Source: an uncultured Actinomycetota bacterium (lineage in GTDB: Bacteria > Actinomycetota > Actinomycetes > Streptosporangiales > Streptosporangiaceae). From it: a DNA stretch of 64,000 nucleotides. Under the pieces are notes generated by a model. The model saw only the letters and a program-made list of their open reading frames with translations. It made no database searches and had not been told where the DNA came from. Made by a program: the position numbers and the translations under genes. The stretch's first letter is position 1. Each line of letters starts with the position of its first letter. Below, in pieces: positions 39,558 to 48,940 of the stretch. The DNA is taken from NCBI GenBank assembly GCA_963811335.1, contig CAWERB010000021.1, positions 19,997 through 83,996 of the forward strand, in the 5' to 3' direction.

Positions 39558-40515
39558 ACTCCGGCACCCAGCCGAGTTCCGCCCTGACCCGGGTGGTGTC
39601 CATGATGGCCGGATGGCTGGCCGCCTCCACCCACTGCGCGACCGGCGGAAGGAACGGCAGCGCGGCGACCGCCCTGGCCGCGGACTGCGTCAGGCGGGCA
39701 GGAACGGGAAACGACGCCATGCCGAGCTCGCGCGCGACATCGCGCGGGGTGACGAGCCCGTCGGCCGCGATGTTGTAGGTACCCGGCGGGCCGGCGGCGA
39801 CGACGCACCGCAAGAGCGCCTGCCCCACGTCCGCCTCGTGCACGAGCTGCACCGGCAGTTCCGGAGCCGGCACCGGGAAGCGCAGCCGGCCAGCCCACCG
39901 GACCGGAGCGAGGGCGAGCGCGCCGAGCAGGCCGCGCGGCGCGCTCTTCCCGCCGACGGCGTGCGGGCCGAGCACGACGCACGGCCGCAGCAGGTACAGG
40001 GCGGGTCCCGTCGGCCGCCCGGCCCTGGCCTGCAGCAGCTGCTCGATCTCGGCCTTCTCCCTGGCATAGAACAGCCGGGCCGCGGGGCGGACCGGCCAGT
40101 CCTCGGTCATCCCCACGGGGTTGTCCCGGTGGAAGCCGTAGGCGGCCACCGAGGACGAGTACACGAAACGCCGCGCGCCCGCCGCCGCGGCGGCGTCGAA
40201 GGCGTTGAGCGTGCCGTCGATGTTCACCGACTTGATCGTCTCGCCCGATGCGGCCCCGGTCACCTGGAACGCCAGGTGCACCACGACGTCGGCATGAGCG
40301 AACGCGTCGCGCAGCAACTGCGCGTCGCGGACGTCGCCGCGCTGGTACTTCGTCTTCGTCCAGCCGTGCGCCGCGGGGTCGAACGGGCGGCGCGCGACGG
40401 CCGTCACACGGGCCACCCGCTCGTCGGCCTCGAGCAAGGGCATCAGGCCGAACCCCAGGGTGCCGGTCGCCCCGGTCACCGCGACCGTCAGGCCCGTCAA
40501 CGTCTCCGGTGTCAC
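39493..40515 (-). CDS. NAD-dependent epimerase/dehydratase (extended SDR)
   Basis: TGATGTLG, VVHLAF, SSVAAYG, YAREK; start uncertain. Confidence 0.88.
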   Translation of the reverse strand: MTPETLTGLTVAVTGATGTLGFGLMPLLEADERVARVTAVARRPFDPAAHGWTKTKYQRGDVRDAQLLRDAFAHADVVVHLAFQVTGAASGETIKSVNIDGTLNAFDAAAAAGARRFVYSSSVAAYGFHRDNPVGMTEDWPVRPAARLFYAREKAEIEQLLQARAGRPTGPALYLLRPCVVLGPHAVGGKSAPRGLLGALALAPVRWAGRLRFPVPAPELPVQLVHEADVGQALLRCVVAAGPPGTYNIAADGLVTPRDVARELGMASFPVPARLTQSAARAVAALPFLPPVAQWVEAASHPAIMDTTRVRAELGWVPEFTALETLRDTLRHYGHGQGRS

Positions 40516-40579
40516 CTGACATCGCCTCCCAGAATTAGCCTGCCATCTCAAAGATACGGCGGCAGGTGCCGGGACATCC

Positions 40580-40615
40580 GTGCCTAAAGCCCTCAACCCG
40601 AGGGACGAATGCCCA
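40580..40615. promoter_or_regulatory. paired DosR/DevR-like boxes upstream of WS/DGAT
   Basis: GTGCC-TAAA-GCCCT (40580) and GGGAC-GAAT-GCCCA (40602), 22 bp apart. Confidence 0.5.
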
Positions 40616-40698
40616 GTTCAGGCGGCGATCAGCGCGGCTTAGGCTGATCGTTGAGACCGGAGTACGGTTAGGGCCAGACGGACGCGAAAAGGGACATC

Positions 40699-42125
40699 AT
40701 GGACAGGCTGCAGCCATTGGACGCCGTGTTCGTCGATGCGGAAGACGAAGACGAGAACACGTCGATGGCGATCGCGTCGATCGCTGTTTTCCAGGGTCCG
40801 GCGCTGGCCCGTGAGGAGGTCCTGGCGCTGATCGCGGAGCGCCTGCCATCGGTGCCCCGCTACCGCCAGAAGCTGCGCACCGTACCGCTGCGCCTCGGCC
40901 GGCCGGTTTGGGCGGACGACCCGGACTTCGATCTCGGGTATCACGTCCGGACGGTCACCCTGGCCGAACCCGGAGAATACCGGCAGCTCGCCGACCTGAT
41001 GGCGGACGTGATGTCGCAGCGGCTCGACCGCGGCCACCCGCTGTGGGAGTACTGGGTGGTGGACGGGCTCGCACGGGACCGCTGGGCGCTGATTTCCAAG
41101 GTGCACCACTGCATGATCGACGGGATCGGCGGCGCTGACCTGTACCGCGTGATCATGGAGGTCCCGTCCGAGGCCGCGCGCCCGCCAGAGAACTCACCGG
41201 AAGCCCCCCGGCGGATAACCCCCCGGCGGGCGAGCCCTCGGGGATCTCGCTCGCCGCCCGGGCAGCCGGAGACATGCTGCAGATACCCCTGCGGTCGGCC
41301 CGCGCGCTGAGTGCCGCCGTCGCCGACCCGGCCGGCACCATCAGGCTGGCGGTCGGCGCGGCCCGGGCGGTCGCGAAGTTCTCCGGGTCGCTGCGGCCCG
41401 CGCCGCAGTCCTCGCTGAGCGGGAGCATCGGCCAGCAACGGCGATACGCGTGGACCAGGGCGTCCCTGGAAGACATCAAGACGATCAAGCGCGAGTTCGG
41501 CGGCACGGTGAACGACGTCCTGCTCGCCGCGATCAGCAGCGGCTTCCGCGCGCTGCTGCTTGACCGGGGGGAGCAGCCAGAACCGCACGAAGTTCCCTCG
41601 CTCGTCCCGGTGTCCGTCCGGGCCCCGGGGGACCACGGGGGCTTCGGCAACGAGGTGTCGGCCACGATAACAGACCTGCCCGTGCACATCGCCGACCCGG
41701 TGGAACGGCTCGCCACCGTCCGGGCGACACAGGACTCGCTGAAGGCGAGCCACGAGGCGATGATCGGCCAGGCGCTCGTCACCCTCGGCCGGTACAGCGC
41801 TTATCCGCTTATGTCCTGGCTGGTCAGGAAGGGGTTCGCGCTGCCGCAGCACGAAATCGTCACGGTCACCACGAACGTGCCCGGACCCCGTGAGCCGCTC
41901 TACTGGATGGGACGCCGACTTGAGGAGATCATCCCCTACGTGCCCATCGCGAGCACGGTCCGCACCGGCATCTCGATCTTCAGCTACGACGGCGAGCTCA
42001 CGTTCGGCATTACCGCCGACTACGACGCGAACCCGGACCTGGAGGTGCTGGCCCGCGGCATCGAGCACGGCGTAGCCGAGCTGCTGCTAGCGGCCAAGGA
42101 GCACGCGGTGGCCACGGCAGGCTGA
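40699..42125 (+). CDS. wax ester synthase/diacylglycerol acyltransferase (frameshift near 41220)
   Basis: MDRLQPLDAVF, WADDPDFDLGYHV, PLWE, catalytic HHCMIDG, TVNDV, TNVPGP. Confidence 0.9.
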
Positions 42126-42167
42126 GGATCGCGTGAGGCCCGCTCGCGAGCCAGCGAGCGCCGGCCG

Positions 42168-43074
42168 TCAGGCCACGACGCGTGGCTGCCCGAGGTCCTG
42201 CGACTGGGCTTCTTCCCACACGCGGTCGAGGAACCCGGCTATTTCCCCGGTCAACCGGGCCGGGCGCACCCAAAGCTCGGCGAACGTGCGGGTGCGGATG
42301 AGCCGCGCGTTGGGGAGCTGGCGCGAGAGTCGCTTCGCGTCGGGCCATGAGTGGATGAGGTCCATTCCGTGCCCGAGAACCAGCGTCGGCGCGGTGATGG
42401 CGGTCCGCTGGTCGACGGTCGGCGCGAGCGGGCCAAGCAGCATGCCCCGCAGGACGGCGGAGATCGCGTCCGGGTCCGATCCGATGGCGGCGACCACCGA
42501 GTCGAACCGGGTCGATGCCAGACTCTGGCAGCCGGGAGAAGACCTGGGAGAGCAGCCGCAGCGGGATGCGGGCGTAGCGCACGTGCAGCAGGAGCGGCAC
42601 GAAGGTGAGCGCCGCCGCGGGGGCGGCGGTCTCGAGTACCGGCATCTCCAGCACGAGGCCGCGAATCCGCTCGGGCGCCTGCGCGGCGGTGAGCAGGCTC
42701 ACGTTGGTGCCGAGCGAGATACCGCCGAGCACCGCCTGGTCCAGGCCGAGCTCGTCGAGCAGGGCGAGCACGTGCTTGGCGTAAAGGTCCATGCGGTGCG
42801 CGCTCGGCTGCGCCGGCTTATCGCTCTGGCCGTGCCCGAGCAGGTCGAGCAAGACGACGCGGTTCCCCCCGGCGGCCAGCGACCGGGCCAGGCCGCGGCT
42901 CAGCTTGCTGTTGAAGAGGATCGGGTTCAGCCACACGAGCACCCGGTCACCGCAGCCGTAGATCTCGTAGTTCAGCCTGTGCTTGCCCACGTCAAGCGTG
43001 TGCATTGTGACCTGCCCCGTTGGCCGCGGACCTTCCTCCGCGAGCTGGGCCTTAAGACTCTTTACCGATGACAT
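42168..43074 (-). CDS. alpha/beta hydrolase (frameshift near 42510)
   Basis: DLLGHGQSD, GISLG, DLIH. Confidence 0.8.
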
Positions 43075-43170
43075 TGGTCTCTAGCACCGCTCACATAACA
43101 TCGACAACCTTTAGTTAGGAGCATAGCGCCAGGTTAGAGGCGGACAAAGGCAAAGAACGCGGAGAGCCTG

Positions 43171-44280
43171 ATGACCGAGACCAGGAACGAGCGAGAACAG
43201 CACCGGCTGGTGCTCGAGTCGGCCGCATCGGGTAATCCCTGGGGATGCCGTATCGACAGCGTGGGCGTGAAGCTGCCCGCCCAGCGGCTGACCACCAGCG
43301 ACCTGATGAACAAGACCAGCCACGACACTCACATCCAGCTTGAGCGGCTCACCGGCATCCACGAACGCCGGGTCGTCGGCCCGGGTGAGAACTCATTCAC
43401 CCTGGCCACCGGGGCGGCGCGGGATTGCCTGGCTCATTCGCAGCACCAGGCGTCCGACATCGAGATGCTGATCAGCACCAGCATCACGCGGTCGCGGGGC
43501 CACTTCGCGCAGTCCTTCGAGCCTGCGCTGAGCCTGTCCGTCAAGCAGGCGATCGGCGCCACGCAGGCGGCGAACTTCGACATCTCGAACGCCTGCGCCG
43601 GCATGCTGACCGGAGTGTTCATCCTTCAGGACTTCGTGGCGCGCGGTGAGATCAGCTGCGGCATGGTGGTGTCCGGCGAGTACATCTCCCACCTCAGCTG
43701 GAACGCCGCCCGCCAGATCCGCTCCGTGTTCAGCAAGCAGCTCGCGTCGCTGACGCTCGGCGACGCCGGCGCCGCGGTGATCGTGGAGCGGGCGCCCAAG
43801 GGTACGGGCATCGACGTCATCGGCTTCACCACCCTCGCCGAGCACAGCCGGCTCTGCCTCGCCTACCCCAGCTTGCTTGGTCCCGGTGCGCAGATGTACA
43901 CCGAGTCGAGGAAGCTGCACCGGGTGGCGATCGAAGACATGCTGCCGCTTGTCGTCGAGGCGATCGGCGAGGCCGGGATCTCCCTGTCCGACATCGACTA
44001 CATGATTCCGCACCAGACCTCGGCCCGGGCCATCCGCTCGGCCACCAGCGAGTTCGTCCGGCGGCTCGGTGCCCGGCCGAAGCACGTGGTGCTGAACCTC
44101 GAGGAGTATGGCAACACGTCATCGACGACGCTCTTCGTGGCGCTGCACAAGTACCTCGAAGAGCAGCGGATCAAGAAGGGCGACCGCGTGATGTTGCTCG
44201 CGCTCGCCTCGGGCATCGAGATCGGCATCGCGATCTTCACGGTCGACAACCTGGTGGACGGCTATGGGCACGCACATTGA
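43171..44280 (+). CDS. 3-oxoacyl-ACP synthase III / OleA-like condensing enzyme
   Basis: LTGIHERRV, FEPALS, SNACAG (Cys), LTLGDAGAA, PHQTS (His), GNTSST (Asn). Confidence 0.88.
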   Translation: MTETRNEREQHRLVLESAASGNPWGCRIDSVGVKLPAQRLTTSDLMNKTSHDTHIQLERLTGIHERRVVGPGENSFTLATGAARDCLAHSQHQASDIEMLISTSITRSRGHFAQSFEPALSLSVKQAIGATQAANFDISNACAGMLTGVFILQDFVARGEISCGMVVSGEYISHLSWNAARQIRSVFSKQLASLTLGDAGAAVIVERAPKGTGIDVIGFTTLAEHSRLCLAYPSLLGPGAQMYTESRKLHRVAIEDMLPLVVEAIGEAGISLSDIDYMIPHQTSARAIRSATSEFVRRLGARPKHVVLNLEEYGNTSSTTLFVALHKYLEEQRIKKGDRVMLLALASGIEIGIAIFTVDNLVDGYGHAH

Positions 44281-45234
44281 GGCGGTATGGGCGCAGGCGG
44301 CCAACGGATCGAGAAAGGCAACCGCGCGCGGCCTGGCCGACGCCGCCGCCCGCAACTGCTTCGCGCTCGCCGGGTGCCAGCCCGGTGACATCGACATGCT
44401 GATCAACGTCGGCATGTACCGGGAAGACAGCATGGGCGAGCCGGCGCTCGCCGCCCTGATACAGCAGGACATCGGGGCCAGCGCGGGCCGGCGGTCGGCG
44501 GGGCGGAGCGGGAGAGGCGGGCACGCGGTACACGCCGGCACTTTCTCGTTCGACCTGCTGAACGGCGCCTGCGGCGCGATCAACGCCATTCAGATCGAAT
44601 CCGGCCTGCTCAAGTCCGGTGTCATCCGGCTTGGCGCCGTGGTGTCAAGCGACGTGCAGCCGGACGTCAAGGATCCGGCGGCCGCCTTCCTTCGGCCGGC
44701 CGGGGGCGCTCTCCTGCTGCGCTGGCAGGAGGGAGACGCCGGGTTCACCGACTTCGGCTCGGAGACGTTTCCCGAGTACCAGGACCTGTTCACCAGCGGC
44801 CTCGTGTGGCGGCGACGGCACGGCATCCACGGCATCCCCGCTCCCCGCCGGGGCGCCGGGCGCAACGAGATGGTCGTTACCGTGAAGCCCGGTTACCACG
44901 CCCGGCTGGCCGACTGCGCCGAGGAGGCCGCACTCCGCTTCCTGCGCCGGCTAGGCCTGGCGCATCGGGGACATCGACCTGCTCGTTCCGGCGCCTGCCG
45001 ACCCGGACTTCGTTGACCGGCTGCGGGGGCGGCTGCACATCCCGGGCGACCGGGTGGCCTACACCCCGGAGGACCTGGCGGGCGCGTACACTACCGGGCC
45101 GCTCGCCGCCCTGCAGGCGGCAATCAAGTCCGGACGGCTGGCCGAGGCCCGCACCACCCTGCTGCTTGCGGCCGGGCCGGGCGTCACCGTCGCGCCTCGC
45201 CCTGTACCGCCAGGCGGATGCCGAATCGAAGTGA
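44264..45234 (+). CDS. second KSIII-like subunit lacking catalytic His/Asn (frameshifts ~44960 and ~45195)
   Basis: DIDMLINVG, GEPALAALIQ, FDLLNGACG; LVPAP at the His position, GAYTTG at the Asn position; overlaps the upstream KS gene. Confidence 0.75.
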
Positions 45235-46291
45235 TGCCGGTGAACACCATCACACGAACCGGACTGGCCGCGGCGGCCGCCTCCGCCGTCGCGGCGCTGG
45301 CCGCGGTGGCCGTGGCCAGGCACCGGGCGCTCCAGGTGACGGTGCCCGGCCGGCCTCCGCGGGCCGCCGCTCCCGGGCTACCGCGACGGTGCCGCGCGCA
45401 CCGGTACCGCCGGAGCTGCCGCCGGGCCGGGTGATGAACCTGCCTGGCCGCGGCGAGGTGTTCATCCGCGACTTCGGCGCAAAGCCTGGCGGCCCCGCGG
45501 TGCTCCTGCTGCACGGCTGGACCGCCAGTGCGGACATCAACTTCTGGCCTGCTTATGCCGGCCTCGCCGAGTCCTACCGGGTGATCGCGCTTGACCAGCG
45601 CGGCCATGGCCGCGGGCTGCGCTCGACCGAGCCGTTCAGCCTGGAGGACTGCGCCGACGACGCCGCCGCGCTGCTTGAGCAGCTTGGCGTCGGCCGCGTC
45701 ATCGTGGTCGGCTACTCGATGGGCGGGCCGGTCGGGCTGCTGCTCGCCCGGCGCCACCCGGGGACGGTGGCTGGCCTGGTCCTGCAGGCCACGGCCCTGG
45801 AGTTTCGGCACAGCCCACGTGAGCGGGCGGTATGGCGCATGCTTCCCGTGATGGACGTCGGCCTGCGGGCCGGCGTCAGCGTCGGCTTCTTCGACCGGGT
45901 CATCCGCGAGGCAGCCGGTAAAGACCCCGGAATCGGCGGCTACCGGTCCTGGCTGGCCGCGGAGTTCCAGCGCGCCACCGCGAGCGACCTGGTGGCCGCG
46001 GGACGCGCGCTCAGCCGGTATGACGCCCGGCCGTGGGCCGGGCAGCTGGGCATCCCGGCAGCGGTCCTCGCCACGACGCGGGACCGCCTGGTCCGGCTGG
46101 CCAAGCAAGTCGAGCTGGCGGAGGCGCTGCGGGCCCACGTGCTCGCGATCGACGCCGACCACGACCTGCCGCTGGCGAACCGCGCCGAGTACGCGCGCCT
46201 GACCAGGCTGCTGGTGGACAATGTGGCGGCGGCAAGCGGGCTCGCGCCGGCCAGCGCTGACCCGAGCGGAACGCCGGGCGGTGCCACGTGA
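45234..46291 (+). CDS. membrane-anchored alpha/beta hydrolase (frameshift near 45360)
   Basis: N-terminal hydrophobic helix; LLHGW, DQRGHG, GYSMGG, DHD; TGATG coupling. Confidence 0.82.
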
Positions 46292-46902
46292 CCAGGTACG
46301 ACGTCTCGAATTCCGCGGTCATCGCGGCCACGCCCAGTGAGATCATCGGTGCCTTCCTCGAGGAGGCGGCCGGCCGCAGCCAGTGGTGGCAGCCCTACCT
46401 GCGGATGCGCCAGCGCGGCGGCAGGCCCCTGCCCGAGATCGGGGCGGCGGTGGACATCGCCGTCGCCGGCCAGGGCCTGCTCGACCAGGGGTGGTCCACG
46501 CGGATTGCCGGGCGGGTGGCCGCCTTCGAGCCGGACCGGCGGCTCGTCCTTGAGTACTTCGCGGGTGACTTCCGCGGCACCGAGGAGTGGACGGTGGACC
46601 CGGTCGACCCCGGCCACACGCGGGTCACCACGCGCTGGCGGACCGACCCGCAGGGCGTGGTGCGGCTGGCGGCCAGGTTCGTGGACGTGCCGGGCAGCTA
46701 CTCGAAGGTCATGCGCGAGGGCTTCCGCGCGATCGAGCGCTTTACCGCCAGCAGAAGGACGCTAGTCCCAGGCATAGGCCGCCTGCCGCCCGCAGGCGGC
46801 AGGCGGGTGCGGGTAGCCCGCTGGCCACCCCAGACGCGGGCTACCCGCCGCTGCTGCCGTACAGGGACTCGATCTGCGCCGCGTACTGCTCCATCACGAT
46901 GA
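46288..46902 (+). CDS. SRPBCC/START-like lipid-binding protein
   Basis: SAVIAATPSEI...QWW...FEPDRRL...GDFRGTEEWTV...TRVT; GTGA coupling. Confidence 0.7.
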   Translation: MTRYDVSNSAVIAATPSEIIGAFLEEAAGRSQWWQPYLRMRQRGGRPLPEIGAAVDIAVAGQGLLDQGWSTRIAGRVAAFEPDRRLVLEYFAGDFRGTEEWTVDPVDPGHTRVTTRWRTDPQGVVRLAARFVDVPGSYSKVMREGFRAIERFTASRRTLVPGIGRLPPAGGRRVRVARWPPQTRATRRCCRTGTRSAPRTAPSR

Positions 46903-48655
46903 CGCGGCGCACCTTGAACGTCGGCGTCAGCTGCCCGCCGGCCTCGGTGAGGTCGCTGTCGAGCAGGGTGAACTTCTTGATCGCCTCGGCCTGCGACACG
47001 GCCTTGTTGGCCTCGTCGACGGCGGCCTGGATCTCGGCCAGCAGGTCAGGATCGTCATGAAGCTCGGCGACGGTCGCCATCTCCGGCTTGCCGTTGTCCG
47101 CCTTCCACTGGGCGAGTGCCTCCGGGTCCGCGGCCACCAGCGCCGCGATGTAGGGCATCGCGTCCCCCACGACCAGGCACTGGCTGACCAGCCAGTGGGC
47201 GCGCAGCCGGTCTTCCAGCACGGCGGGCGCGACGTTCTTGCCCGCCGCGGTGATGATGAGGTCCTTCTTCCGCCCGGTGATCGTCAGGAACCCCTCGTCG
47301 TCGAGCGCCCCGATGTCACCGGTGTGCAGCCAGCCGTCATCGTCGATCATCGCCTTGGTCGCTGGCTCGTTGTTCCAGTAGCCCTGGAAGACCACGTGAC
47401 CCTTGATGAGGATCTCGCCGTCGAGCGCGATCCTGATCGTGACGCCGGGGATGGGACGGCCGACCGTGCCGACCTTCTGCGCATCGAGCGTGTTGGTGCA
47501 GGCCGCCGGGCTGGTCTCGGTCAGGCCGTAACCCTCGAGCACGGTGATGCCGCAGCCGCGGAAGAAGTGCCCGAGCCGGGCGCCGAGCGGGGCGGCGGCG
47601 CTCCACGCGTACTGCACCCGGTCGCCGAGCGCCGCGCGCAGCTTGGCGTAGACGAGCCGGTCGTACAGCAGGTGCCTCAGGCGGAGCGCCAGGCCGGGAC
47701 CGCCGGCGTCAAGCGCCATGCTGTAGGCGGCTGCCGTCGCCTCCGCGCGTTCGAAGATCTTTTCGTGCCCTCCGGCGATGGCCTGGTGCTTGGCGCTGTT
47801 GTACGCCTTCTCCCACACCCGCGGCACGGACAGCACCGCGGTGGGCCTGAAGGCCGTGAGCTCGGCCGCGGCATCGGCCATGTCGGCCAGCCCGAGCACG
47901 GTGCGCGAGTAGATCGCGCCGTACTGGATGAGCTGGGCATAGCTGTGCGCCAGCGGCAGGAACAGCAGGCTCGACGCGCCGTCGTTGAACACCCGGCTGA
48001 ATCCGTCGTTCTGCATGCAGTTACGGGCGTTGGCGACGATGTTGCCGTGGCTCAGCATGCAGCCCTTCGGGCGGCCGGTCGTACCGGAGGTGTAGATGAT
48101 CTCGGCGAGGTCGCCGGCCCCGCGGGTCCGGCGGCGTTCCTCGACCAGCTCCAGCGTGACGTCGTCGCCGAGCTTCTTGAGGTCGGCAAGCCCGCCGAAG
48201 CGGCTCCCGTCGACCTGCCACGCGTGGGCGAGACCGGGCAGCACGTCTTCAAGCGCGGCGACCATCTCCGCGTGCGCGTCGGTCTCGACGATCACCGCGG
48301 CGGCACCGGAGTCGCCCAGGATCCACTCGACCTGCTCGCGGGAGGAGGTGGGGTAGATCGGCACGAGAACGCCGCCGGCGGTCAGGATCGCGTAGTCCAG
48401 GAGCGTCCACTCGAACCGCGTCCGCGACATCAGCGCCACCCGGTCGCCCGGCTTGATCCCCGCGGCCATGAGGCCGGCCGCCAGGCCGCGCACCTGCGCG
48501 GCGAAGTCGCGCCAGGTCACCGGGGCCCAGCCGTCGCTGGTCCGCCGTCGCAGGCCGACCGCATCAGGCCAGTTCTCCGCATTGAAGAAGACATCATCGG
48601 TGATGTTGTCATCCGGATTCACGATGTACGCCGCAGCTGCGGAACATTCCAGCAT
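46841..48655 (-). CDS. long-chain fatty acyl-CoA ligase (FadD15-like)
   Basis: YTSGTTGRPKG, EGYGLTE, WLHTGDIG, GRKKDLIITAAGKNVAP. Confidence 0.92.
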   Translation of the reverse strand: MLECSAAAAYIVNPDDNITDDVFFNAENWPDAVGLRRRTSDGWAPVTWRDFAAQVRGLAAGLMAAGIKPGDRVALMSRTRFEWTLLDYAILTAGGVLVPIYPTSSREQVEWILGDSGAAAVIVETDAHAEMVAALEDVLPGLAHAWQVDGSRFGGLADLKKLGDDVTLELVEERRRTRGAGDLAEIIYTSGTTGRPKGCMLSHGNIVANARNCMQNDGFSRVFNDGASSLLFLPLAHSYAQLIQYGAIYSRTVLGLADMADAAAELTAFRPTAVLSVPRVWEKAYNSAKHQAIAGGHEKIFERAEATAAAYSMALDAGGPGLALRLRHLLYDRLVYAKLRAALGDRVQYAWSAAAPLGARLGHFFRGCGITVLEGYGLTETSPAACTNTLDAQKVGTVGRPIPGVTIRIALDGEILIKGHVVFQGYWNNEPATKAMIDDDGWLHTGDIGALDDEGFLTITGRKKDLIITAAGKNVAPAVLEDRLRAHWLVSQCLVVGDAMPYIAALVAADPEALAQWKADNGKPEMATVAELHDDPDLLAEIQAAVDEANKAVSQAEAIKKFTLLDSDLTEAGGQLTPTFKVRRVIVMEQYAAQIESLYGSSGG

Positions 48656-48726
48656 GGCGGACCCCCCACAAAGATCGGAGCCTGCTCGTCTACTCGATAG
48701 ATACTCCCGGCGCCGCGCGGCGGTCA

Positions 48727-48762
48727 GGGCCGAAGGTCACAAGCGCACGGTCCGGCCGGCCC
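48727..48762. promoter_or_regulatory. paired DosR/DevR-like boxes upstream of the acyl-CoA ligase
   Basis: GGGCC-GAAG-GTCAC (48727) and GGTCC-GGCC-GGCCC (48749), 22 bp apart. Confidence 0.5.
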
Positions 48763-48940
48763 TAGCAGGTCAGCGGGCTCGCCGGTAAGGCTCATCAAGC
48801 TACCGCGCGGTGCCGCCGTCACCCGCCGCCCGCCGGGGCGTCGCCGAGCGCCCCGGCGGGCGCGATGTGATCCGCCCCCTGGCCGCGGTTAGCGCCCGGG
48901 CCTGTCGGGTGTGCGGAAAGGCTGGCCTAGATTTGTTCGG

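Noticed and set aside
39493-48655. Canonical oleABCD olefin cluster
   Set aside because: Hydrolases have Ser nucleophiles, the ligase is FadD15-like, and gene order and orientation differ
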